Assembly: GCA_963665325.3 (NCBI GenBank)
Contig: OZ224045.1
Location: forward strand, 1,728,001-1,792,000
DNA length: 64,000 nucleotides
Direction of reading: 5' to 3'
Source: Alphaproteobacteria bacterium
GTDB taxonomy: Bacteria > Pseudomonadota > Alphaproteobacteria > Bin95
Shown here: one piece after another, positions 1-8,841 of the stretch
How positions within the stretch are numbered: the first letter of the stretch is position 1
Layout: each line of letters starts with the position of its first letter
Position numbers and translations under genes: made by a program
Notes under the pieces: generated by a model
Told to the model about the DNA's origin: nothing
Seen by the model: the letters and a program-made list of their open reading frames with translations, nothing else
Database searches by the model: none

Positions 1-718
1 CTTCCTGTTCGGCTGGTTTTGCGTTCGTCTGAGCGGTGTCTACTTCGCGATGTTGACCCTCGCCTTCGCGCAGATAGCGTGGGCGTTCGTGTTCCAGGAT
101 ATGCCGGGCAGCGTGCTCAAGATCTTCGGGATCGCGGACGAGTTCGGCACGCCGCTCAAGATAACCGGGGGTGACGACGGCCTGAACGACATCTGGCCGT
201 CCGGATGGGCGAGTGCGCGTGTTTCCTACTACTACATTACCGTGGGGCTCTGTATCGCCGCGCTCTGGATCATGCGGCGATTCCTGTATGCGCCGTTTGG
301 CTACACCTTGCGCGCCGGGCGTGACTCGCCGTTGCGGGCCGCCGCGATCGGGATCGATCTCACGCACCATCGTTGGCTGGCCTTTGCACTCTCCGGCGCG
401 TTTGCGGGCCTTGCCGGCGCCTTGTTCCTGTTTTCGAAGGGCAGCGTCTTCCCGACTACGCTGGAAATCGCGCGCTCCTTCGACGCCTTGTTGATGGTGC
501 TCCTCGGCGGCGTGCAGTCGCTGTTCGGCCCGATCTTCGGCGCTGCCGCCCTGACCTGGCTCAACGATCTCTTTAGCGTCCTTAGCTACTGGCGGTTCCT
601 GCTCGGAGTGACCATTATCGCCTTGGTGCTCCTGCTTCCCCAGGGGATCGTCGGTTTCGCCGGCACGCGGGTCGGGCGGCGGCTCGGGCTGGCGCAGCCG
701 GAGGAAGTCGCGTCATGA
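1..718 (+). CDS. livM: Branched-chain amino acid ABC transporter permease (5'-truncated by window)
   Basis: Open frame from base 2 (FLFGWFCVRLSGVYFAMLTLAFAQ); TGGDDG, PFGYTLRAGRD and LLGGVQSLFGPIFGA motifs; precedes livG/livF. Confidence 0.9.
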   Translation, partial: FLFGWFCVRLSGVYFAMLTLAFAQIAWAFVFQDMPGSVLKIFGIADEFGTPLKITGGDDGLNDIWPSGWASARVSYYYITVGLCIAALWIMRRFLYAPFGYTLRAGRDSPLRAAAIGIDLTHHRWLAFALSGAFAGLAGALFLFSKGSVFPTTLEIARSFDALLMVLLGGVQSLFGPIFGAAALTWLNDLFSVLSYWRFLLGVTIIALVLLLPQGIVGFAGTRVGRRLGLAQPEEVAS

Positions 719-1503
719 GCGCGGCACAGGACGGGCGCACTCCGGTGCTGGAGGTGGAGTCGCTGAGCAAGTCGTTCGGCGGGGTGCGGGCGGTGGAGCG
801 GGTCTCGTTCACGCTTTCGTCGAGCGAACTCCTGGCCCTGATCGGACCCAACGGTGCCGGCAAGACGACCTGCTTCAACATGGTGAACGGCCAGCTCCGG
901 CCCGATGCCGGCTCGGTGCGGCTCAACGGTCGAAACATTCTGGGTCTGCCGCCCCGGTCAATCTGGCGGCTCGGCGTCGGGCGGACTTTCCAGATCACCG
1001 CAACCTTCGCGTCGATGACCGTGCGCGAAAATGTGCAAATGGTGCTGGTCAGCCACCATCGCCGATCGCGGGCATTGTGGCGTCCGGCGAAGGACCGCTA
1101 CATCGAAGAGGCGATGGCGTTGCTGGAACGCGTCGGTATGCACCACCAATACGACAGGGCCTGCGGGGTGCTGGCCTATGGCGACCTCAAGCGGGTCGAG
1201 CTTGCGATTGCACTGGCCAACGAACCCAAACTGCTGCTCATGGACGAGCCGACCGCGGGTATGGCGCCCAGGGAGCGCATGGAGTTGATGCAGCTCACCG
1301 CGGAGATCGTCCACGAACGGGACATCGCCGTTCTCTTCACCGAACACGACATGGACGTGGTCTTCGCCCACGCCGACCGGATCATGGTGCTGGATCGGGG
1401 ACAGCTTATCTCCCAGGGCCCGCCGATGGCGGTGCGCTCGGACCGGAAAGTCCAGGAGATCTATCTGGGCGGCAGCGCCGTGCATGGCGCCGAAATCCCA
1501 TGA
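715..1503 (+). CDS. livG: Branched-chain amino acid ABC transporter ATP-binding protein
   Basis: Walker A GPNGAGKTT, RTFQ, LAYGDLKRVELAIAL, LLMDEP, EHDMD, C-terminal VQEIYLG. Confidence 0.93.
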   Translation: MSAAQDGRTPVLEVESLSKSFGGVRAVERVSFTLSSSELLALIGPNGAGKTTCFNMVNGQLRPDAGSVRLNGRNILGLPPRSIWRLGVGRTFQITATFASMTVRENVQMVLVSHHRRSRALWRPAKDRYIEEAMALLERVGMHHQYDRACGVLAYGDLKRVELAIALANEPKLLLMDEPTAGMAPRERMELMQLTAEIVHERDIAVLFTEHDMDVVFAHADRIMVLDRGQLISQGPPMAVRSDRKVQEIYLGGSAVHGAEIP

Positions 1504-2225
1504 TCGCGGCACCCGGCGCCCCGGTCCTCGCATTGACCGGTGTCGACACCTTCTACGGTCGCGCGCAAATCCTGTCCGGGGTTTCGCTCGAGGTTCGTCG
1601 TGGTGAGGTCGTGGCGCTGCTCGGCCGCAACGGCGCGGGTAAATCGACGACGATCAAGTCGATCATCGGCCTCGTTCGGCCCGCGAAGGGCGAGATCTCC
1701 TTCGAGGGCGAGTCGATACAGGGATTGGAACCGTTCCAGATCAGCCGCCTCGGGCTTGGATATGTACCCGAGGACCGACGGGTGTTTACCGGCCTGACCG
1801 TCGCCGAGAACCTTGAGGTCGGTCGCCAGCCCCGACGCGAGAATGCGCCGGAATGGACCCACGAGAAGCTCTTCGCCTTGTTTCCCAACCTCGCGGCGAT
1901 GAACGACCGGCTCGGCGGCCTGATGAGTGGAGGGGAACAGCAGATGCTGACCATCGCGCGCACGTTGATGGGCAACCCGTCGACCATGCTGCTCGACGAG
2001 CCCTCCGAGGGCCTCGCGCCCGTCATAGTTGAACAGGTGGCGAAGACCATCCTCGATCTGAAGGAGCAGGGCCTGTCGATTCTGCTCTCCGAACAGAACC
2101 TGCATTTGTCGACGCTCGTTTCGGACCGCGCCTACATCATCGAAAAGGGCCGCATCCGCTACGAGGGTTCGATGACGGAGCTCGCGGAGGACGAGGAGAT
2201 CCGCGGCGCCTACCTCATGGTCTGA
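1500..2225 (+). CDS. livF: Branched-chain amino acid ABC transporter ATP-binding protein
   Basis: ATGA overlap with livG stop; GRNGAGKST, YVPEDRRVF, MSGGEQQML, DEPSEGLAP, EQN. Confidence 0.93.
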   Translation: MIAAPGAPVLALTGVDTFYGRAQILSGVSLEVRRGEVVALLGRNGAGKSTTIKSIIGLVRPAKGEISFEGESIQGLEPFQISRLGLGYVPEDRRVFTGLTVAENLEVGRQPRRENAPEWTHEKLFALFPNLAAMNDRLGGLMSGGEQQMLTIARTLMGNPSTMLLDEPSEGLAPVIVEQVAKTILDLKEQGLSILLSEQNLHLSTLVSDRAYIIEKGRIRYEGSMTELAEDEEIRGAYLMV

Positions 2226-2399
2226 AAGACGCAAACCGACGCCTCGACGGCAGCAAATAAAGGAATATAATACTATCTCCGGTTTCAGGCTTAGAGCCTG
2301 ATCCAAAAAGAGTTGAGCGGTTTCCAGGGATTGTGATTCTGTCCGGTTGTGAAGGCAAGGCCCGCCGTCGAGCGGTTCGCGAACCTCCGGAAAACCGAG

Positions 2400-2821
2400 C
2401 CCCGTGTCCGGTGCGACCGCTGCGCATCTCGTCGCCGGCGAGCCAGAAGCGGGCATATTTGCGGAGCGCCTCCTTGCGGCTCATGTCGCCCAACTCGGCG
2501 GACTCGTGGTTGACGTCGAACGGGTCGAAGCGCGGGTCGTGATTGACGTCGAGTTCGAGGATGAAGCGCGAGGCGGCATCGACGCTGCAGCAAGAAGTCA
2601 TCTCGACCGTGCGCCGCTGGACCTTGCTCGGCCAGTTGATCATGAGCGACTGGGAGTCGATGGCGATGTCCATGTGTGCCGGCAGGCGCCGCTCGCCGGT
2701 CAGGAAGGCGCGCGTGACGGCGCCGTTCAACTCGTAGCAGCGCCGATGGATGAAGTCGACGATCCTGTAATAGTCCTTGTAGTTATTGAGCTTCGCCCCC
2801 TCCACCGTATGGCGCATGGGG
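2400..2821 (-). pseudogene. Internal fragment of an uncharacterised transposase-like protein, cut by the IS3 element
   Basis: Protein-like frame KDYYRIVDFIHRRC...DIAIDSQSLMINW...CCSVDAASRFILELDVNHDP...KYARFW; resembles 'insertion element protein' families from memory; no start, abuts IS end at 2822. Confidence 0.45.
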
Positions 2822-2874
2822 TGAGCCGCCCCGGGTTTCCCGGAGGCTCCGTCTTGTGAGAAGGAGGAGCCATT

Positions 2875-3200
2875 ATGGGAAGGCATTTGACACGTTATCC
2901 GGCGGAGGTTCGCGAGCGGGCTGTCCGGCTGGTTTTCAAGCATAGGGGCGAGTATGGCTCGCAGTGGGAGGCGATGTGTTCGATCGTGGCGAAGTTCGGC
3001 TGCACGGCCGAGACGCTACGGCGGTGGGTTCGCCAGGCTGAACGAGACAGCGGCGCCAGGCTGGCATGACCAGCGATGATCGTGAGCGGGTCAAGGCGCT
3101 GGAACGCGAGGTTCGCGAGCTGCGCCAGGCTAACGAGATTCTGCGCAAGGCCAGCGCCTATTTTGCCCAGGCGGAGCTCGACCGCCCACTCAAGCGATGA
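2875..3200 (+). pseudogene. IS3 OrfA, frameshifted
   Basis: RYPAEVRERAVRLV...[12 protein letters not shown] then premature TGA at 3067-3069; another frame continues [41 protein letters not shown] to TGA 3200 (1-nt loss near 3061). Confidence 0.85.
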
Positions 3201-3685
3201 TCGCCTTCATCGACGAGCATCGCGATACCTATGGGGTCGAGCCGATCTGCAAGGTTCTGCTGATCGCCCCGTCCACGTACCGGCTTCATGCCGGCAGACA
3301 GCGCGATCCGTCGCTGCTGCCGGATCGTGCCCGGCGTGATCTGGTACTGATGGCGGAGATCGAGCGCGTCTTCGAGACGAACTACTCGGTCTATGGCGCC
3401 CGCAAGACCTGGCGCCAGCTACGGCGCGAAGGCCTGGACGTTGCCCGCTGCACCGTCGAGCGGCTGATGCGCAATCTCGGCCTTGCCGGGGCGATCAGGG
3501 GCAAGCCGGTGAAGACCACGGTCGGCGACAAGGGAGCGGCGTGCCCGCTCGACAAGGTGAACCGGCAGTTCCGGGCACCCGGGCCCAATCGTCTGTGGGT
3601 GGCGGACTTCACCTATGTCGCGACCTGGGCCGGGTTCGTCTATGTGGCCTTCGTGATTGGAGTGGGCCCTTTGGGTCGGACAGTA

Positions 3686-4481
3686 TCATGCGGCATTTTT
3701 GACAGGGTAGCGGGACTGTTTCTCCTCGAAGCGTTTTGGGGCTGAGATATCCGAGCGCGGAGTGCAGGCGCCTGTTGTTGTAGCTGTCGATGAAGCGCGG
3801 CAGTTGCTGTGCGACGTCTTCGGCGGTCTCGAAGGCCATGGGATAGACGCCCTCGACCTTCAGGGTTTTCATGAAGCTTTCCATCATGGCGTTGTCGTAG
3901 GGGTTGGCGCGTCGTCCCATCGAGCCTTTCAGCCCGTGCTTGTAGAGCCGTGTCCGGTAGGCGTGAGCGGCGTATTGCGAGCCCCTGTCGGAGTGGTGGA
4001 TGCAGCCGCGCGGCGGGTTGCGGTTGCCGATCGCCTTGTCCAGCGCCGCGAGCGTGAGCCTGGCATCGATCCGTTCGCCGAGCGCATAGCCGACAATGCG
4101 GCGCGACCAGGCGTCCATGATCGCGGCCAGATAGACGAAGCCGCCGAGGATGGCGATGTAGGTCAGGTCGGCGACCCAGAGCCGGTTCGGGCCCTCGACC
4201 TCGCAGTCCCCGGACCGGTCCGGGAAGATCGGCTCGTCGTGGTCGCTGTCCGTCGTGGCGACAAAGCGGCGCCTGCGCGGCGGCTGCAAGGCGTGTTCGC
4301 GCATCAGCCGCTTGACCTTCTTGTGGTTGACGGTCCAGCCCCGGTGCCGAAGTTCCGCCTGCATGCGCCGCCAGCCATAGGCCTCGAACTCGTCCTTGAT
4401 CGCGTGCATTGCCTCGACCAGGGCGGTGTCGTCGACCGGGCTCTGCGGCTCGCGGTAGTAGCTGGAGCGCGCGATCCCCAT
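3686..4481 (-). CDS. Nested IS3 OrfB integrase-core transposase (1-nt indel near C-terminus)
   Basis: YGWRRM, LWVADLTYI, HHSDRGSQY, DNAMMESFMKTLKVE, YNNRRLHSALGYLSP; expected tail KRFEEKQSRYPVKNAA* is one frame off at the T4 run 3734-3737. Confidence 0.85.
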
Positions 4482-4831
4482 CAGCCGGCATCCTTCGGCG
4501 ATGGACAGGCCTCGGGGCCGGCGATCACGGACATGGGCGCGCGTCTCGCCTGCCGTCCTTGCCGCAGAGCCCCCTTTAGGAACTCCAGCTCCGCGGCCTG
4601 CTTGCCGACCAGCCGTTCAAGCGTCGCGATCCGGGCTTCATACTCCCGAAGCGTGTCCGCCGCCTCGGCCTCCTCGTCGAAGGCGCCCACCTCGTATTTC
4701 TCCAACCACATCCGGATCAGAGTGCGTGACAGGTCGTGACGGCGGGCCAGACCGTAAAATGTCTCACCTGCCAGATACTCCTCAACGACCTGGCGCTTGA
4801 AGGCCATGCTGTGTGTGCGGTGCTTCCTCAT
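4481..4831 (-). CDS. Nested IS3 OrfA (HTH + coiled coil)
   Basis: RTHSMAFKRQVVEEY...LARRHDLSRTLIRMW...RIATLERLVGKQAAELEFLK; TGATG overlap with OrfB. Confidence 0.9.
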   Translation of the reverse strand: MRKHRTHSMAFKRQVVEEYLAGETFYGLARRHDLSRTLIRMWLEKYEVGAFDEEAEAADTLREYEARIATLERLVGKQAAELEFLKGALRQGRQARRAPMSVIAGPEACPSPKDAG

Positions 4832-5396
4832 GGGCTGTGATCCTTCCAATGCCCGCGCACCTGTCAATTGCATGCAACCAAACTGTCCGAACCCAGGGGC
4901 CCACTCCATGATCGATGCCTTCGCACGCCGGATCGTCGGATGGCGGGTGAGCCGCACGGCCCATGCAATCTTCGTTCTGGATGCCCTGGAACAGGCGATA
5001 CATGCCCGGAAGCCCGCTAGGGGATCGGGCCTCGTGCATCACAGCGACCGCGGCGTCCAATACCTGTCGATCAAATACTCCGAGCGCCTGGCCGAAGCCG
5101 GGATCGATCCTTCGGTCGGCAGTGTCGGCGACAGTTACGACAACGCGTTGGCCGAAACGATCAACGGCCTCTACAAGGCCGAGGTGGTCCACCGGCACGG
5201 CCCGTGGAGATCGTTCGAGGCCGTCGAATACGCCACCCTCGAATGGGTGGACTGGTTCAATAATCGCTGCCTGCTCGGCCCCATCGGTAACATCCCGCCC
5301 GCTGAGGCCGAAGCAAATTACTATGCTGCCAGCGAGAACCTCGATATGGCTGCATGACTCAAACCAAACTGCCTCCGGGAAACCCGGGGCGGTTCA

Positions 5397-5444
5397 CAAT
5401 CCTTGGGAATCCCCTCCATGAGTCTCAACCCTCAGCCGCTGGTA
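5397..5444 (-). mobile_element. Probable terminal fragment of an IS630-family element
   Basis: Minus strand TA|CCAGCGGCTGAGGGTTGAGACTCATGG...GATTCCC begins at a TA exactly where the IS110 frame breaks; resembles alphaproteobacterial IS630 ends from memory. Confidence 0.4.
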
Positions 5445-5619
5445 TTACGGCGGAATGCCACCGAGCCGTCCGAATACGCCCCGTGAAACTGGTAGCTATT
5501 CTTCGACAGGTCGATCCCGATGATGCTAACCTCCTTCATTGGATGCCTCCTTCCCATTGGGGGTTTCAACAACACCATGGCACATCGCGATGCCGTCGGA
5601 TTGAGGCGCCCACCCTATC
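5445..5619 (-). pseudogene. IS110-family (IS1111-like) left end and first ~31 codons of transposase
   Basis: RBS GGAGG then ATG at 5539: MKEVSIIGIDLSKNSYQFHGAYSDGSVAFRR (IGIDLxK RuvC-like start); ~80-bp leader ending near 5619. Confidence 0.8.
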
Positions 5620-5665
5620 GGGGGCCAGTCCCGGGCGGCGAACGGGCCCGGCCTCACATAACCCG

Positions 5666-7252
5666 ATGATTCCAGAACCGCACAGGAGCCAGCTTGTGAT
5701 CCTCTATCGAAACCGTTGGACGGCCGGCATCGCCGCGCTCGCCCTGTTTGCAGCGGCCGCGTTGACGGCCTGCGGCGGAGGCGGGGGCGGCGGCAGCGCT
5801 CCGGTCCAGACGTCCTCCGGCGGCATGACGGAGATGCCGAACCCCACCACCGCCCTGTTCACCGCGGCGCAGGATGCGGAAACCGCTGCCACCACCGCCG
5901 CCGGGACGGCGACGGACGCCGTCTCGGACGCCATTGCCTATTCCGGCAGGCTCGGGATCGTCGAGGTCGAGGGCGACTCCGGGACGGCGATGGAGAATGC
6001 CCGGAAGGTCCTGCAGGCCCGGGACGATGCCGCGCAGGCGGTCACGGATATCGAGATGGTGCTGAAGGACGTTCGGGACGCCCTGATGGAAGCGAACGAT
6101 CTCGACGCGAACACCCCGGAGAGGCAGAACCTCATCGACGCGCTCGAAGACGCGATCGTGCTTGTGGAGATGCAGCTCACGACCGCGAAGGAGGCCCGCG
6201 ACGACATCGACCTCGAAAATGCCGTCGCGGCCGTCGCCGGCATGGACCCGAACAACCCCAGGACGCCGGAGGACGTAGCGGAGGAGGTCGCGAACGCCAT
6301 CGACGCGGCCATAGACGAGGTCGCAAGCATCCGTGACGGCAGTCACCCCATCCTTGCGGAAGCGGGAGTCGACCAGGTGCTGGCGGCGATTGAGCACCGG
6401 CGGGGCCATAGCTGGGCGGAGATTGTCGGCCGGGCCAATCTGGTGTCGGAGCGGGTCGGCGCGAGCAATGCGCGGGTGCAGCTGGCCCCGATCGCCGGGC
6501 TCGCCGCAAGCGATGTCCACGCCGTGGACCTGCGCGACCCCGGAACCTACACCGACGGGCAGGAAATCGCCGGCAGCAGCCATGACGGGATTCCGGGCTC
6601 GGCCTTCTGCCTGGGCGACGACTGCGCGGTGGAGAGCGGCCTGCTCGTCGGAAGCTGGTATTTCACCCCGGACCATGCCGGGGAGACCTATGTCAAGCCG
6701 GCGGGCGCGGCGGACTATGTCGAGGAAACCCTGTATGCCCGCTTCGGCTACTGGCTCGAGGTGGACACCGGGACCGGCGCCGTCATCGTCCACACCTTTG
6801 CCGCCAAGGGCGATCCATCGACCCTCAGCCAGGCCGGAAACGGCGTGACCGATGCGAGCCAGACCCTGGAGGGCATGGCGGACTATTCCGGCACGGCGAT
6901 TGGCATCTCCGTCTTCGAGACCCACATCGGCGGCAGGCTGGAGAGCACCTCGTCCGGCCCCTTCACCGCCACTGTCGAGCTGACGGCGACATTCGGCAAC
7001 AACCCGACGGTCGGGGGCGAGATCGACAAGTTCCGGGGAAGCGCGGTCGATCCGCTCTGGACCGTCACGCTCGTGGACAAGCCGCTGAACCAGGCCCAGG
7101 CCGGCAACACGGAAGGCGGCGCCGCCGCGGGCGCCTGGACCACCGGGACCTACGGCGAGACCGCCCAGCGCCCGGCAGGCATATTCGGGCGCTTCAACGC
7201 CCACATGTCGAACGGCCACGCCGCCGGCGCCTTCGCCACCCGGAAGAAGTAG
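5666..7252 (+). CDS. Surface lipoprotein with helical N-region and TbpB-like C-terminal beta-barrel
   Basis: Signal peptide with lipobox LTA-C, Gly linker, Ala/Asp/Glu-rich helical part, C-terminus FTATVELTATF...GAWTTGTYG...PAGIFGRFNAHMSNGHAAGAFATRKK. Confidence 0.75.
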   Translation: MIPEPHRSQLVILYRNRWTAGIAALALFAAAALTACGGGGGGGSAPVQTSSGGMTEMPNPTTALFTAAQDAETAATTAAGTATDAVSDAIAYSGRLGIVEVEGDSGTAMENARKVLQARDDAAQAVTDIEMVLKDVRDALMEANDLDANTPERQNLIDALEDAIVLVEMQLTTAKEARDDIDLENAVAAVAGMDPNNPRTPEDVAEEVANAIDAAIDEVASIRDGSHPILAEAGVDQVLAAIEHRRGHSWAEIVGRANLVSERVGASNARVQLAPIAGLAASDVHAVDLRDPGTYTDGQEIAGSSHDGIPGSAFCLGDDCAVESGLLVGSWYFTPDHAGETYVKPAGAADYVEETLYARFGYWLEVDTGTGAVIVHTFAAKGDPSTLSQAGNGVTDASQTLEGMADYSGTAIGISVFETHIGGRLESTSSGPFTATVELTATFGNNPTVGGEIDKFRGSAVDPLWTVTLVDKPLNQAQAGNTEGGAAAGAWTTGTYGETAQRPAGIFGRFNAHMSNGHAAGAFATRKK

Positions 7253-7413
7253 GGACTTAGGCGATCGGTTGACGCAAGCGGATGCCTACTTGTGTATCCG
7301 CTTCGTCCCGCGATGATGTGCCTATGGTCGAAAGCGTGCGTAATTCGGCGTGGCAGGCACCGCATGCCCGGCAATGCAGGGAGCTTGAGGCTCGAGACAT
7401 TTCCGGACAGAAA

Positions 7414-7750
7414 GAGCCGCGTAAGTTCGACGGCATCTTTGTGCTGCGCACCAACGCCGGCATGACGCCGCTCAATACCGTGCTCCGGGACAGGTAGCTG
7501 CTCACGGTCGAGGACCTGTTCCGCCGTGCGAAGGCCCAGATGCGCACCCGGCCGATCTATCACCCCTGCGATGCGGCGATCCGCGGCCACGTCTTCTGCT
7601 CCTTCCTCGCCCTCGTCCTCCAGAAGGAACTGGCCGACCGTTGCCGCGCTGCCGGCGTCATCGTCGAATGGGACGACCTGATCCGCGATCTCGACCGTCT
7701 GCAATAGGCCGCCATCGAGAAGGACGGCAAGCGCGTCACCACCCGCTCCC
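7414..7750 (+). pseudogene. IS1634-family transposase C-terminal fragment
   Basis: KFDGIFVLRTN...VEDLFRRAK...RTRPIYH...IRGHVFCSFLALVL; in-frame TAG at 7495 and 7705. Confidence 0.85.
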
Positions 7751-8341
7751 ACCCTGCTGTTGCCCCGCCCGCCGCTTCTCCAGTGCCAGAATCAGGGCCT
7801 GGGCGAACATCATGCGGGCGGCCCAAGGTTCGAACTTGCTTTCGGGAGAGGCGGGTATCGCCATGAAGAGGCTGGAAACGCCGGCAAGGGGGTGGTCGAT
7901 CCTGTGCGCGAAGGCGAGTACCGGGACCTTTCGCGCCTGTGCCGCCGCCGCGACCCGAACAGCCGAATCATCATCGTCCGAAAAACAGATGGTCAGCAGC
8001 AGGTCGTCAGCGCCCAGGGCCGAGACGGTCCGCAGTGCCGAATCTGCGGGCGAGACGATCCGGTGGCAGCGGCGACCGAGCTGGGTCAGGCCGTCGAACA
8101 GGCCGGCGGCGACCCAGGAAGCCGGGCGGTATCCGACGACATGGATGGATCTGGCGCCGTCCAGCATTTCGACCGCCCGGTGCAGGGAGGCCGCATCGAC
8201 ATTTCGCTTCAACTCTTCGATAGCGAGGATCGATGAGTCCGCGATCTCGTTCAACATCGCGCCGCACTCCTGTGCGGCTCCCGGCTCGGCCGTTCCGGAC
8301 ACATTAGCGCTGCTGGGATCGAGCCCGGCTCGGACTTGCAC
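7736..8341 (-). CDS. SIS-domain protein (RpiR/MurR-type regulator with degraded N-terminal HTH)
   Basis: LHRAVEMLDGARSIHVVG, DDLLLTICFS, RKVPVLAF, PLAGVS; HTH-like traces upstream scattered over frames; alternative ATG at 8257. Confidence 0.7.
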   Translation of the reverse strand: MQVRAGLDPSSANVSGTAEPGAAQECGAMLNEIADSSILAIEELKRNVDAASLHRAVEMLDGARSIHVVGYRPASWVAAGLFDGLTQLGRRCHRIVSPADSALRTVSALGADDLLLTICFSDDDDSAVRVAAAAQARKVPVLAFAHRIDHPLAGVSSLFMAIPASPESKFEPWAARMMFAQALILALEKRRAGQQQGGSGW

Positions 8342-8706
8342 TTAAGCTCAGAAGGGAGAGCAGTCGTTCCCGGACCAAAAAAGAACGATATGTCGGGGGA
8401 GGAGCGCCCCGAACTATGCCGAATCGACAGAAGGCCGCTGGCAGATGCGTCCGGCAACCGGGAAAGCAGGCACGAGCTCGCAACAAATCGAAATGCCGGG
8501 GATGAGGCGAACGGGATTGGTGTTTCGTTTCCAATCCGGCGACCGCAGCCCGATGAAGCGGATCGACACGGCGCAGCGCGATTCCGGTCCGCCACGGTCC
8601 GGCAAAGCCGGTAGGAGGTTGACATAACTGGAGTTTCCGTCGGGTCTTCCGTGTTCCGTACTGTGAGACACCGAGTCTTCCTTTCGACGTTATTGAACAC
8701 CATAAT

Positions 8707-8786
8707 CGAAAAAATATTCCAATATCAATCACAAATAAGAATATTGAATCTTTTCCTCTTGGCTCAGGCCGTAGAAAATTGTTTCA
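8707..8786. promoter_or_regulatory. Two IolR/RpiR-like operator candidates in an AT-rich divergent promoter
   Basis: CGAA-N6-TTCC (8707-8720) and AGAA-N6-TTCA (8773-8786), near the GGAA-N6-TTCC site known for Sinorhizobium IolR. Confidence 0.45.
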
Positions 8787-8841
8787 TCTTGTGCCATCAA
8801 GCCGCTGTAGGGCTCCGGGCAATGTTGCGTTGGAGAAGAGT

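Larger units (their letters stand above)
3658..4908 (-). mobile_element. IS3-family (IS150-like) insertion sequence, 1251 bp, nested
   Basis: 27-bp terminal IRs TGGAGTGGGCCC...TCGGACAGT (24/27); 4-bp target duplication TGAT at 3654-3657 and 4909-4912. Confidence 0.95.
3197..5357 (+). pseudogene. IS3 OrfB DDE transposase split by nested IS (3197-3657 + 4913-5357)
   Basis: LWVADFTYV...GFVYVAFVI | DAFARRIVGW...HHSDRGVQY...DNALAETINGLYKAE; removing 3658-4912 restores ttc gtg atc gat (FVID). Confidence 0.92.
2822..5396 (+). mobile_element. IS3-family (IS51/IS6110-like) insertion sequence interrupted by a nested IS
   Basis: IRL TGAGCCGCCCCGGGTTTCCCGGAGGC and IRR (rc) TGAACCGCCCCGGGTTTCCCGGAGGC match 25/26; orfA/orfB layout; no flanking target duplication. 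Confidence 0.93.

Noticed and set aside
5772-5795. GGC run in the lipoprotein as a contingency repeat
   Set aside because: Mixed Gly codons encoding an ordinary post-lipobox linker
7495-7707. Two in-frame TAG codons as stop-codon recoding
   Set aside because: They lie in a truncated IS1634 relic, and intact genes here (lipoprotein, trmJ, ppk1) end in TAG
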